The notes under the pieces are model-generated. The model searched no databases and was not told the origin of the DNA. It worked only from the letters and a program-made list of their open reading frames with translations. The translations under genes and the position numbers were made by a program. DNA of 64,000 nucleotides, taken from assembly GCA_009914755.4 (NCBI GenBank), contig CP068257.2, forward strand, positions 14,656,001 through 14,720,000. The letters run 5' to 3'. Shown piece by piece: positions 1 to 13,608 of this stretch. The DNA comes from the human T2T-CHM13v2.0 reference genome, Homo sapiens. The stretch's first letter is position 1, and the number at the start of each line of letters is the position of its first letter.

Positions 1-718
1 TACCAGAATCACATACCTCAACCAATAGCCAAATTGACCTGTTAGCATTAACCTATAGGAAGGAAATGGTTTCATTTGCTCTTGAGAAAAAAATCATAAA
101 CCAGTGTCCGAAGTATGCAAATTTTTCAGTTAAGCAAAATGAGAAGACCAGATTATTCACCAAGTAATGCCACAAGGATTGTTTATGATATTGTTAATAA
201 TTATTGCCTAATATATTGGGTTGCAATTGATGGTCCTCAAATCTAAGGAGATTTTAAAAAATGTTATATCCCACATCTCATTTCTGAGAGATGGTGGTAC
301 CTCGGGTGTCTAATGCCTTGGGAATAAGATCCTAGCCTCTCCTAATATGCTGAGTGCCTTTCTGCCTTTGGTCCCTCACACAAGCTGTTCCATCTAGTGC
401 AGAAACCTGGTGTGTTCTGATTCCCATAACGGGGTCATTCTCATTTTAAAAACTCATTTCACACATTGCCTTCTGTTGCCTTCTGAAGACCTTTTCTCCT
501 GGCCTTTCCTGACCATTCTGTCTATGCAAGAACTCTTTCTCTTCTTCATTCTCATTATTCTCTATCATAGCATATAATCCTCTGATCATTTAAAATAATC
601 CATATTGCGTTTTTAGAAGCTTGAACATTGCTAAATAGATATATAGAAAATATATGTTGAATGAACAAATTTCCTTCAAACCTAGGATAGCATAAAGGCA
701 ATTAAAAAATGTTAGTTC

Positions 719-1000
719 GGCCGGGAGCAGAGGTTCATGCCTGTAATCCCAGAACTTTGGAAGGCCAAGGTGGGTGGATCACTCGAGGCCGGGAGTTCGA
801 GACCAGCCTGGCCAACATGGCGAAACCCTGTCTCTACAAATGTACAAAAATTAACCTGGTGCGGTGGTGGGCACCTGTAATCCCAGCTACTCGGGAGACT
901 GAGGCATGAGAATTGCTTGGACCTGAGAGGTGGAGGTTGCCGCTAGCTGAGATTTGGCACTGGGCAACAGAGTGAGACTCTGTCTAAAAATAACAATAAT
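719..1000 (+). mobile_element. Alu element (older AluS/J-like), full length with A-rich tail
   Basis: Starts ggccgggagcagaggttcatgcctgtaatcccag and carries the left and right Alu monomers. Ends ...gagtgagactctgtctaaaaataacaataat. A possible short TSD is aatgtta/atatgtta. Confidence 0.9.
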
Positions 1001-3389
1001 ATGTTACTTGAATGAATGATTGGATTTTAGACCAAAGGACTATTTGATGTAAAATGTTGTCAATGTCTATACTAGTTTATGAGTTACTTCAGAAATGTCT
1101 TTTGAGAGCAAGGCCTCTAATAAAACATCATATCCCCCAAAGAACAGTTGCCAATTTATTGCAAGTTTTTATAGCTTATTATATTTATCTTTCAAACCAT
1201 ATATATATAAACATATGGTTGTTATCTGACTGTCTGGAAGAAATAATGCTCTCTAGAAATATTGTCATGTTCCAACTTTCATTCAATGTTTTTTAAAGTA
1301 AAATATGCTTAGAGGGCAATAGTTTTCCATTTCTAGAACAAGTTTCACAATTATATGTATAAATTGAAGTGTATTGGCTTTTGATAGCAAAAGCTATAAT
1401 ACTACAAATGTCTAAATTGTATTTTGACATTATTAAATATAAATTGAGAAGTGTGAGGCAGTGCACTGGGCTCAAGATTTGAACTTGAGGCTTTGCTTTA
1501 AAGAACAATATAAACTAAGATAGATTTTTTTTCCTAAAATCACAGTGACATGTATTTTCTTGGATTAGTGAACAGTGTGGCTCATAGATGGGGTTTTACT
1601 TTTAGTCCAAAGCAACAATGAAAGCATATAAAGTTTTCATTGCCTATTTAGGATATATTATAAGCATATTCAGCATGGGGCTATAATTTTGTGACATAAA
1701 ATATTATTTATAAAGTCTTGACATTTAAAAATAGTTTTAAACACTTTCTTTAAAAAAAACATTAACTCAAGCTCATTACTTTTACCAAAATGTAGTATAG
1801 CTAATGGAAAAGTAATACAAAATTATGTTAATTAGATTGTTTTAAAAATCCCTTCAACATGGAAAAGTATCATGTTTTATGATTTGATATATGAAACTGA
1901 GCATCTGTGAACAAATTTAATTTTAAAAAGAAAAGTAAATCATATTTAGCCCTCTTTTTTTCAAATGTTAGAGAAAAATAAAAAAGCTGAGGAAATACAG
2001 CTAGTGATTTCTGATCTTCCTTTAGGAAATCCTGACATTCCAGAGAAACTTGGATAGACTCTGAAGGATTAACCCATTTCTGACTTTTCAGGAAGTTTAT
2101 CTTTCATTTAAAAGGATATCTGATGGGGTGGGATACAAAACTTAAAATAAAGAATATGTTAAATGCCATCTCAGGGATGCAAGTTTAACAGCGGTGGTAT
2201 TGGGCTTTAGAAACATATAAAAACAACATGACATTAACATAAAAAAATTACAAAAAAATATTAAAATGAGCATATAAGTGTTTTTTGTTTGTTTTTTTGC
2301 TTGCCTGTGTATAAACACGAAAGTGGTACATCTCTCATTTAAGTTATGGCCCATGTACTTGAAACAATTTTTTTGCTTTCTAAGTGATTGTATAATGAAT
2401 GGCCTAAGCTAACATTTACTTTAGCATTCACTCTGTCCTAGTCTATCCGTGTGTCAGCTGAGTTACTGTCAGAGGCTTGCTTGGCTTGTCTATCTCTGAC
2501 CTCTGCATTCTGAATTTGCTCTGATGAAGTTTTGTGGCCTAGAGCATGATTTCTGCAAGTCATCTGTGAGTGTGGCGCCTGCTCAGTCTAAGGACTAGAG
2601 TCTGATAGATCAGAGAGAGGCAAGAATAGACTCAGATGCCGTCAGTTTTGGAGGCCAATGAAAAGAAGGAAACAAAACTGAACAGCAGCTGTGTTGAAGG
2701 CTGTGCAAGGCCATCAGAAATTGGGTTCTTGAGGTGGATTGGAGGAGAACAGCCTCTGGATGTCTGCTGGGCAGTGACGATGTGTCTGGAGGCTTTGACA
2801 TTGGATTCATTAGGCATTGCTAATGTACACAAAAAATGTAGCAAAAATGATGCCTGTTTCTGGGTGAGAACATCTGGAGCACCATAGAAGATGTGGGAGT
2901 ACCTTCATGTCTCAGGCATTATCCATAGGCTTCGCTTGAAAAAAGTTCAGTTTACTTCTTATCACTAGAAAGAGAGTTTCACTAATAATAGTTATTATAA
3001 TAAACAGATTATTAAAAGATGACAGAGAAATGTGACATTATAAGGTTTTGCAGAAAGAATAAAATATTAAAGCAAAATTTGAAATTGTTTTTCTAAGTGG
3101 ATAAAACTTTTCCAAACTCCAAAATTTCAGGATCATATGATTTGCATTAAATGACATAGATTTTTTTTAATAAAACCACCAAATTATTTAATTTAAATTT
3201 GAATTATTCCTCATCTATGGAAGGAGCATACTGCATTTTAAATAAGGAATATATTTCAATATTATAACTCAGAGAGCTATAAATTGTGATTTTCTTGAAG
3301 ACATTCATTACATGTTGGAGAAAATCATGAGACTGTAAATTGAAATGTTTAAAACTGATGTGAAAAAGGAAAAAATCCTTATTTCTAAA

Positions 3390-3690
3390 ATAAAGTGAGG
3401 GAGGAATGGGAGATGGTGAAAGTATATAAAGCGTAAGAATGAATATGTTCCGGAGATCTATTTTACAGCATGGCAACTACAACGTATTGTATTTTGTACT
3501 CAAAAAATTTTACAAGAATAGATCTTAAAAGTTCTCACCACAAAAATAAGTATGTGAGGTGATTTAATCATTGTACAATGCATTTGTATATATCAAAACA
3601 TGAGACTGTATACTATAAATGTATACCATTTTTAAATTTGTCATTCTATCTTAATAAAGCTGGGAAAAAATAAAATAAAGGGAAAATAAA
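3390..3690 (+). mobile_element. L1 3'-end fragment (older L1M/L1P-type 3' UTR)
   Basis: Contains ...acagcatggcaactacaacgtattgtattttgtactcaaaaaattttacaagaatagatcttaaaagttctcaccacaaaaataagtatgtgaggtgat...aataaagctggg followed by an A-rich tail. This matches the canonical L1 3' terminus (tgtacagcatggtgactatagttaataatactgtattgtatacttgaaatttgc...aagagagtagatcttaaatgttctcaccacaaaaaagaaatgataattatgtgaggtgatggatatgttaat...aataaagctgg) recalled from memory. Confidence 0.6.
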
Positions 3691-6600
3691 TCATTGAACC
3701 ACCATTAGTGTTGGTATACAGTGGATTATCTGTGCTTTCTAATAATTTACATATATGAAGATTATCTTACGTTTAGTGCTTAAAAAGAATTTAAAATAGT
3801 GATTCTATTATGTGTAAATGGAGTATACAGTGGGCATATTTCTTTTGTTTACTGGGATATGCTTTGTGCAAGAAAAAATCTAGAAGCAGTAATCTTGGTC
3901 ATTTTGATGTAAAGTAAGAGTAATCCAAATAAAGTCATTTTGCTGAGAGATGAGAGGAAGCTGGTATTTTAAATAAAGGATTTCTTATGCTAATTTCAAG
4001 GTAGAAGTTTTGGTGTGTGCTAATTTTGCTTGAAATATCAAAATGGCTATGTCATATTAGATTAAAAATAGAAAGAATTCTTTCTCCTATGGTTTTTATT
4101 GTTTAAAAAGGATTTTTTAAAATGCAGCTTAAATGAAGAGAGTACTCTCCATTTTTGGTTGGATCCTACATTGCAATACTCATTTAGGCATATTTGCTTT
4201 AAATGACCAGGTACACTAATTAAAAAGAAAACAATTTACCAGGAGCTGTATCAAGTACAGCCCTGCAAACGGTATAAGCTTTTTCCGAGAATCCATATTG
4301 TCCTTGGACTTGGCTGTTGTATTATACTTTAAACGGAATTGATTGTATGGTTGTAATGAAAGTAGCAGATTGATTTTTATCCAGTGTTACAAAGAGTAAA
4401 TAGAAAAATGTTCCTGTCTTGACCTGCATTCGTAACCAATGGGATTTGCTGGCTTTAGACCCAATCTTTAATAAGAGATAACATGCAAATGTAATAAAAC
4501 TGGCTTCGAAGTTTAAGGATCTTTTCAATGCTCATCAAAGATGTTTGTTGAGGCATTTAAATGTGTTGTATTGATTAGATCACAATCACCTAGGAAATGT
4601 TACTTTCTTTAAATGTTATTCATAATTTATTATGTAATTAGCATTCATAGAGTTGTGCCTTTATACACATATTAAGATTATTGAAGTGCGGGTTATGACA
4701 CAATGGTATACCTTTTAATTGTCCTTAAAATTGAATTGTCTTTTATTGTTATTTAAGCAAATGATGATGGTTTAATGACTGATTATTTGTGAGTAAATTT
4801 TTACATTGCAAAATATTAGAGAAAGGTGTAATTGGCTTACTATAGCAGGATATTGTAGCAGTGTTTCTTGAAGGGTCTATTCCTGCTGAATTCAGAGTTA
4901 TTGCATTATTTATTAAAAACTGAAATACTTGTTTCCAATAGTGAACTCAGTCTTTTTTCTCCACCTTTTCTTGGTAATTTAGAAGTTAACCAAATATGCG
5001 TGTTATAGTTACATTTTAGATTCTAATTTTTAGGACTTCATGAGCCTCTATTCCTGTTCATCATTTTGTAAACAGAACTCAAGCCCACAAAACAAGGAAT
5101 TTAAACTATAAAGTGCAGTTGATAAATTTGCTTTGCTATAAATGAAGGGATGCAAAAAAAAAAAAGTAACAATTCATTTGTAAGCAACAGTTTCTTCACA
5201 CATTATGTGACTTTTTTTGGATTTGTTTTATGTTTTGGGTAAAACAGTTTAGTATAATGATGCCTAAATGAGACAAAACAAAATAAATTAAAAAACAAAA
5301 CAAAAACAAAAACTAACACATTTGACTGCCGATGTTTCTCAGTTGTAGCTTCCAAGAGCTCTCTATTCTTCCCAGCCCACTTGATACCCTGCAGGTTGTG
5401 GCAGACAATTCACAGGAAAAGCTTAGACATCGAGCTTGCACGCTTCTTGACTCCATTTTAAACCTTTTGTTCACACCAGGGTGGCATTTTTTCACACCGC
5501 ATGTGGCAGTTTTGACTCCTATCCAACTTGTCTTATAAAATCAAAGTCTGTGATTTTTACATTCACGGGGCTGCTTCCTGAACCGCTACTACTGTTTGTG
5601 TCTTTCCTAGTGATTGGTGCAGAAGTTTATAGCAAAATGTGTTTTAGGGAGAGGGAGGAAGAAGAATGCAATATGAAAAATGTTCTGGGCCTGAAACACA
5701 GGAAATAAATTTTGAATAAAACAGAGGTTGACTCTGAAAAGATCATACCCGAAATAAAATACACTGGCCTCTATTTCTATTATTTTTTGCAGCACTATGC
5801 TGGGTGTTCAGGTAAATTCTTTATGGAAACAATACAATGACATCATTTTCAGGTTGCATGATGTTATTTTTAAAAAGCTGTCATGTAATTGCAAAACAAA
5901 GTCTTATCCTCAGAGCCGTACAGTTATTTTCTTATATAATATTTTATAATATTCAGTGAGTGCAAATGAATTTTACTTTTAGATAAAACCATTTGGTATG
6001 CTCCACTTAACTATGAACAAAACAAAACCTATTATTTTAAAAATCTATACTATAAACCACACATTTAAACAATTTCAATAACAACATCATCATTCGGAAA
6101 CTTTTCTTCTTTCCCCTATGTTTAATTAAAAATATCACTTCAGTCATTTATACTTTCTAAATATAAGTTGTACAGCTATTTCAAATAAATTACATGAAGA
6201 GGATAGTCATAAAATAACAACAGAAGTGAAAAATTTTACCAAATACCAAAGTAGGTAAATTGGCTTTCTTCTGTAATTATTAGGAAGACATAAAACTATA
6301 GATAGGAAATCTCTGCAGACAATCTGACAGTAATCGCTATATAAATCTTTATATTTTTCCTTTGAAATTCTTATTTTGTTAAAATATCATCTTTTAGTTG
6401 TGTTAGCAAAAACATAATGAAAGAATATTCTAAAATATTTGCAAGGCATATGTTTAATTCAGTTATTTTTTTGTGTAGGGAGGACAGAGGAGGATTTCTG
6501 CTTTCATCAACAAATAGAAAATCATAATTATATTATTTTTTATATTTTTGCAAGTTATAGAATAAGCACTCTTATTTTTAAATTACTACTTTTTAAACAT

Positions 6601-9600
6601 TAACAATTCATTCACCAAGAAATCAGTCAATAGAAGTAAATCTTTATGAAGTAATAAGTATTTGTGAACAGTGGTAAACTTCAAGATAAATATTATGACG
6701 TATTTAATTTAGCTTTTAGCTACAAAACCAACTTAATGAAATCATTTCAGCTAATTCAAATTGTATAATTGGTATATCAAAATAACCAAATTATTGTATT
6801 TAAGAAAAAAATAACAAATAGTTGTAGATTATAGTCTTATTCCTCCTTCCAGGGAATACCTAATTAAATTAAGTGCATTTGAATTATTCATTACAATATT
6901 TGAAATATGAAATGGATCCAATAAATTGAGAAAGACTTCAATTTAGAATTTAGATTTTTTTTTTAAACTTTCTGGACAAGAACATAGGGAAATAGCATTT
7001 TGTTGTAAGTCTTGTAACAGTAGGCATACTAGCAGACAGAACAACTGTACACTTTCCCTTTCACAGATAGAAAACTATTTCAACTACAATTTCTATAAAG
7101 TATTAGGGAAGAAAATACAAACAATTTTCAAGAATAACTAAATCCAAATGGTTAATGTAAGTAAAAATCTATTTAAAACAAATGAATTGCAATAAATGTT
7201 ATAGTCTGGGATTTCTTTTTATTATGCACAGATATTTATCAAGTACAAGTTTTTGCCCCTCTTTTAGTTAATTTAAAAATTTGACCTCATAAGAAATAGA
7301 AAGGAAAATATTTTTTGTATTTGCATATACAAATTTTATAAAGATCAAATAAAATCCTTGTCATTAAAAGCAAAACAAACAATTGAAAGCAAGTGAAATA
7401 TTCAAATAAACATATACGTATTTAACCCAAGTTTAATATTAAGCCCTCTTATAAAACTAAACGGCATCTAGAGATCTCACAAAGCATTTGAAACTAAAAA
7501 TATGAAAAACAAAGAAAATCATCTAAAGAAAGGTAAGTTTATGAAATAAAATTTACCTACTTTTGCAGCTGTTGTATTTGTTGAAAAAAAGTATGACTTT
7601 ATTTCATGTGCATGCCAAAGAATGTAGAAATACTGTATATTTAGTTCATCATTTCTCATTATCTAGTATAGAAAACCCACAACTTTTATTACTTTAAATT
7701 TCTTATTTTCTACCCTCCCCGCCTATGCCCTCGATGTCTTCAGAGTCTCTTCTGGCCAGCATATCTTCTGCTTGAGGTGGATCAAAATAAAGCCCCCAAA
7801 CAGACACACACAAAATAACCACCATCCAGCTGAGGAGAAATAGTTTTTCTGCCTTTGCCCTATCCTTATGTGTTAATAAAATCAGCTCATACATTCTGCC
7901 ACAAAATTCAGCTTGGAAGTAATCCTCTGCTACTTAGAGCTGGATGAAAAGAGTACTCATTGTGAATTATGTTTCATCTGTCACAATAACCTTCTTTATT
8001 CTGTCAGGGACCTCCCCTTTGCCTGTGGCAATTAGAGAAAATAGGTATGCGTTGAAGTATGAAATAGTGGGTTCTTAAAATGAAACAAAACAAAACAGAA
8101 ACTGATGACACATACAGACAGTACTTGCTAAGCAATATACTGCAGATTAGTAGAGGAGGCATTTTAAAGTCATTCTGATTTTACAAGAACACAGTAAAAG
8201 AATGCTTTTTAGAATGAGCAGGTGTTATAGTTGCTATTAGTTATTGTCAACATTAGTTATTGATGACAAGCTGTGAATTGTAATTGTACTAAAAATGAAA
8301 TGTGAAAATCTTTTTATATTGTGTACTTTCTAATTAAATCATGCCATAAGATATATATCATAAATATATAGTATTTATTTAACATATGAAATCGCCATGA
8401 TTTTATATGCCTTTCACAGATCATAATGAATTTATGTGCTTTTGAGTCTATTTTAATGCTCCAGAATAACATTTTTGCAAATTTTTTAATGGGCAAAAAC
8501 AAAGAAAAACTTTCCCTTGAAACAGAGCTTATCAGACAATTTTGTTTAATTTAAAATCAATGTGATTATTTGATTTACTTACTCTTACAAATCACTGAAA
8601 TTACCTGGAGGCAGTTCAAGTTCACCTTTCTGGAATAAACCTGTTAAATGATAGACACCATCTCATTATCTCCTTGAAAGAACACCTCAACTTTTTGGCT
8701 TCATAGGTTACAGTCAAAGTTATACTATCTCTAGTTACAAATGAATTAATCTAGAAGATCTTAAAAAGCTTAAAAGGAAAACAAACATAGTTGACAGAAA
8801 AGAAAATGCTCCTTCTAATACCAAAAGAAAGTCACTGCTGACGAAGTAACTGAAACGGTCATCGTAACAGTTGGATAAAGACATATAAATAATTTAAGCT
8901 AACACGAAATTCATAAAGTCTGAAGAAAAAATTCTTGAGGCTAAAAGGAAAACCTTTTGGCCCACTGCACAGGTTGGGCACAAAAGTGCTTGCTAAGCTA
9001 TCTATTTCACACATGCAACGACAGAAGGTTCGATATTCATTCGATCGATGAGTGAAAAGGCACAATGGCAAAATCAGACAGACTTCTTTTCAAATACAGA
9101 TCTCCAATGTCCCCCTCCAGTCTGCAGATGCACGGCTGGTGGTGTGGCTCAGACGGAGCAAGGGTTACATCAAGGCTATTCTCTGGACCGTGCAAACAGT
9201 CTAGACCAATGACCTGCAGCATCATGTCCTTTGAAGAAGAGGCAAGTTCGGTCATGATGAAGAAAAATCAAGGCGTACCCCTTTTAACAATAGGGAGCAG
9301 CTCGAGGCTGCAAAGAGGTAAGCAGGGTGAGAAGAAAACGGCATCTGCTTCCATGGTTACAGGCCAACTATGAGAACCTTGCTTTTCAAAGGAGTCTGTT
9401 CTCAGGCTCCCTCACAGGGTATGTCATGCATTATAAGCAAAGGCAGGTTGAGCTGAAATCCGCATAGTTATTTCAGAGTAAAATGATACGGAGCACATGG
9501 CTGGCAGAAAAAACAGTCACATGACTGTTAAGAACCAGACTTGGGCTATTTCAGAAAAGATTTTTTTTTTTTCTTATATCAGTTAAAGAAAGACAGTAAA

Positions 9601-12600
9601 TTTGTATAAAACAAACAACCATGATAAACATGATTTTCATTTCTCAGGCTTTTATGTGAGCAGAGGTCAAGGGTCAAGACACCCCTCCACTCCAATGGCA
9701 GGACCATACAGCTTATTGTTAATATAGCTTTATTATGGATATCATTTTAAAATATTTTCCTCTTTTGGGCGGACCATAACATAGAATTTGTGTTCTTGTG
9801 AAATTTCTCTCTCTGACCTGATTCTCTTTGATGTGCTCCCCAGGATTTTCTGTGTTTTAGATCTCATGTTCATTTCCGTTGTTAGATCTCATGCGGAGAG
9901 GTAGAAGGTTTGGTGAGAAACTTCCTTGTTGTGTGGTTACTCCTCTAAGATAGCGCGAGCTTGCCTCTGCCTCGTGAAATCTGCTTATGGATAATTCAAA
10001 TCTGCAGCAAAATCATTCGCCTCTGACAATCGTCCTGTTTCTAATTCATGCCTTTGTAGTTTATTCGATGTGTAATACATCAATGAGTCTATAGATTCTA
10101 ATATCAATGTTTTTTTCTTTTCTGCAAGATAAAGTTGAATTTCATAATATGATACACTAGCAGCTAATGTTATCTGAATAAAAATTTGACAAGCATGAAA
10201 TGTAACATATTCTGTATTATTAAGGAAAGACCATAGTATATAGTAACCACACAAAATGCACACATATATAAAATTAACATGGATAAGACATTCCTCTGAC
10301 AATGTACCACAACTCAATATTAGAAGAATTAATATTGGGTTATGTTCTAACTATGCACAATTAACTACAGATGTTCCATGCAGTGTATCCTTTGAGCAAT
10401 TTTTGTTTGCAAGTATATTGTTAAAATTAGGGAGTGAAAAAGGAAAGAATCTTTCAAAGGACAAGGCATGAAAACAACTTTCATTAAATTTATTTTTCAG
10501 AATTTATGTATTTTAATATAAATGGGTACCATATAGTTTTGTGTGTAGATATTCATTTCAAATACTGACCTTGTAGGAAAATATCCTTATAGCTTCGCAA
10601 AAGCAATGAAGTGTTGGTGATCATGGTAGAAACAATTTTACGCTTTCAATTAAGAAACCAGAGAAATATTTGCTGGTATGTTTCTCATATAGATGCCTTG
10701 ATTTGAGTTGGGTTCATGGGCAAACATATGCTTATTGTTTGGTTTCTTTGAATGTGTTGAGGTACATTAGTTTCTATTCTTGCATGGTGAGAATAACTTA
10801 AGGTCTAAAAAAAGTGAGCTATTGGAATGTCACTATTATAGTATAATAATCTATACACTAGTATAAGCACTGAATGTATTATCTTAAAGTAGCCATGTTC
10901 TATTTGCTTTAAATAATTTACATACTACCAAAACAATTCAACATCAGAGTTTCTTTGATGTAACAACGGATCACACTTTCTCCCAAAGGTCAAGTGGCAA
11001 ATATTTCTCCAATGAAAAATCTACCTGTCAGTTCTCCAAAGGAAAACAAAACAAAACAAAAACAAATACACGAAGGTTTATACATTGCATGATAATTTGT
11101 GAGTTGTGATTAAACGGAATTGTGTCTATTACCTGAAATCTGTTGCAAAATAGATAGTTGGATTCTTGTTATTTTTTCAGTTAGCATTTAGCCTACTCCT
11201 GCTTTTTTGTTTTTCAAAAACATGTTCAGTGTTAGGAATATTTACATGTGACCATAAATTAGATGAACTTGCTAAGTGTGGACATGTTTAAACACTTAGA
11301 AACATTCTAATAGAGTCAAATTGGTGGTTCATAAAATGCTATTATTTAAACATTTAACAACCAGGTAAAAATATTTAATATTGAGTATTTAGTGGGAAAT
11401 GACAGCTTCTTGCCTTTAAAAAATTCTCTATATCTGAGTTATCAAATAGCTGTGTATTATGTACATCCTGCATATAGTTTGCAAAACCTCCACTCCTAAC
11501 ATGTGTTAGATTTAAATATTCCTTTAAATTACATTTTAGATTAATTATTGAGTTTTGCCCTCCTCACTTCAAAATTTGTTTAAAAAAGGAAAACTAAACT
11601 TGGCCTTGCCTAATGGAGCATTTATCCTTAAACGTGAAAAAAGAGTCTGAAATGTTTCAGTGACTTAGTGTCCCGATAGTGCTCTGAATATAGTATATGC
11701 TCAATAAATACCTCTCTAATAAATGAATACAACTATGGTTGCACCAATGAAACAATTTTCAGAATAATCCAGTCTCATGAAAATCAGGAAATAGTCCCTT
11801 CTATTTATTCATATATCGTTTCTAACCTTTTTCGTATGACCGTTCTATATGCATGAATCCTTCTTGTCAGTAATTTGCTATTAGTAAATGACTACTTTGT
11901 GTCCAGTATGACTAGAAGTGTGTGCCTACAGCCACATTTCCCAAACAAGGTCCTGTGAAGCATTATTATTCTGAAACATGTTGGAAGGTATTCTGAGGGA
12001 AAAAAATCAAAGAGTCAAATAAATGTGAGAAAGATGCTATGTTAAACAATGGAAATTAGGTTTCTTATGTACAATAGATTTTAGGACATTTAAAAGACTA
12101 ATGTATATAGTGCATACCTAAGAAGGGTGTATAGTTGACATCATTTCACAGAACTATTTAATCAACTTTTTTCAGAAAATACTTAGTAATGTAATATGAC
12201 CTAATTTCACAGATGTGCTCAAGCTGGCTTAAGCCAGATTGAATAAACCAATTTTAACTATCTCTTCTTATATTCCATTTTCAGTGACATCATTTTCTTA
12301 GCTTGAAATCAGTTGTGGCAGGAGTATTTGCACCATGGAAATCAGCAAATGCTATAAATCAGGGCTTTTTTTCTTTTTCCTTTTTTGAGACTGGTTGTTG
12401 AGCATTTACCAGCACAGCATTGCCTCATTTTGTCTCTGAATCCATTTTTGTAGGTAAGCTGTGCACTAAAAGGTCAGTAAGTTCAGAGGCTTTCTATTCA
12501 TCAGACTGTCTAAAATACAAAACAATTTAAAGCAAATTGTGAACATTAGACATAAAAGAAAGGGATAGCATTAAAAAATATTGGACACTCAATTTTTCTT

Positions 12601-13537
12601 TTAAGATTTAGCGGTTATATCAGGATTTCAAAGAGTTTATGTTTCTGATTTCTTTAAATTACCTGGATAAACATCTATGTTTATTCATTTATCCCTTTTC
12701 TATCAAAACATTTACATACACTGGTATGTAATTGTCTAATCATATTTAAGTGAGTTCTCAACATGAAAGCTCTGAAAATCTCCAGACATCCTTTAAAAGT
12801 GTCTCTAACTCAGACCCACTTCATACGAACTTTGAGTTCGTATAATGCTGAGATGAAGCATCTTTAATCAGGATATACACTTTATTGCATATCATGTAAT
12901 TTACGGCATTTTATCAGACATGTTTACCTGCCTGACATCTTGGGTGAGATTTTTAGGAGAAAAACAAAAATGGAAAATCTATGAATAGAGAATTTGAAAA
13001 ACACATTTTAAGTGATAAATCAATTAATTCCCAACTAATCTTTTACCTACTAAATTTCTGTGAATAGGTTAACAAGTAAAATCTGTAAATATAGGTAGCG
13101 TATAAGTATAGATATTGGCTAAATAAAAGATGTAAAATCATGAATGGATTCTTCCTTGGCCTTATTGCTTGAAGCCATGAGTTCTATGGTGACATGTTTT
13201 GAAGGGCCTCTGGAATCTACTTTGTGACAGTATATGAGATGATTTATATGAGGGTTCTAATTTACCTTCCCAAACCCAGGAACCCAAAGCACTAGGCACT
13301 TCAGTTTACAGAGCCCTCAAATTAATTAATCCGAGTGTCTATTTTGAGCCAAGTTTTGTGTTATTTATCAGAAACTAAAACATGACTAATACATGGTTTC
13401 TGTCGTTGTGGAGCCCACAGTCAAATGTGAGAAGAAAGCAGCTGAAATGTGTTATCACAAGAGAAAATTTTCTGAATATAACAGAATATATATATATTTG
13501 ATCTAAAGTGATATATCTATCAAATTTAAAGTGATAA

Positions 13538-13542
<5 letters not shown>

Positions 13543-13606
<64 letters not shown>
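13543..13606. repeat. compound microsatellite (TG)~14 followed by (TA)~19
   Basis: Direct reading of tgtgtgtg...tatatatata. This produces the MCVCVCV...YIYIYI ORF artefact in the track. Confidence 0.95.

Positions 13607-13608
<2 letters not shown>

Noticed and set aside
7700-8040. Possible LTR or retroviral fragment (aataaagcccc motif, 63-aa ORF on the minus strand)
   Set aside because: I could not match it to any repeat consensus I recall, and a single poly-A-signal-like hexamer is not diagnostic. It is left unannotated.
8840-10100. The CpG-rich patch as a mitochondrial-DNA insertion (NUMT) or viral integration
   Set aside because: It lacks the mitochondrial strand compositional bias (a C/A-rich light strand). 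No recognisable mitochondrial or viral coding stretch emerges in any frame. Only elevated CpG is actually observed, so it is reported as a finding to be checked rather than as a feature.
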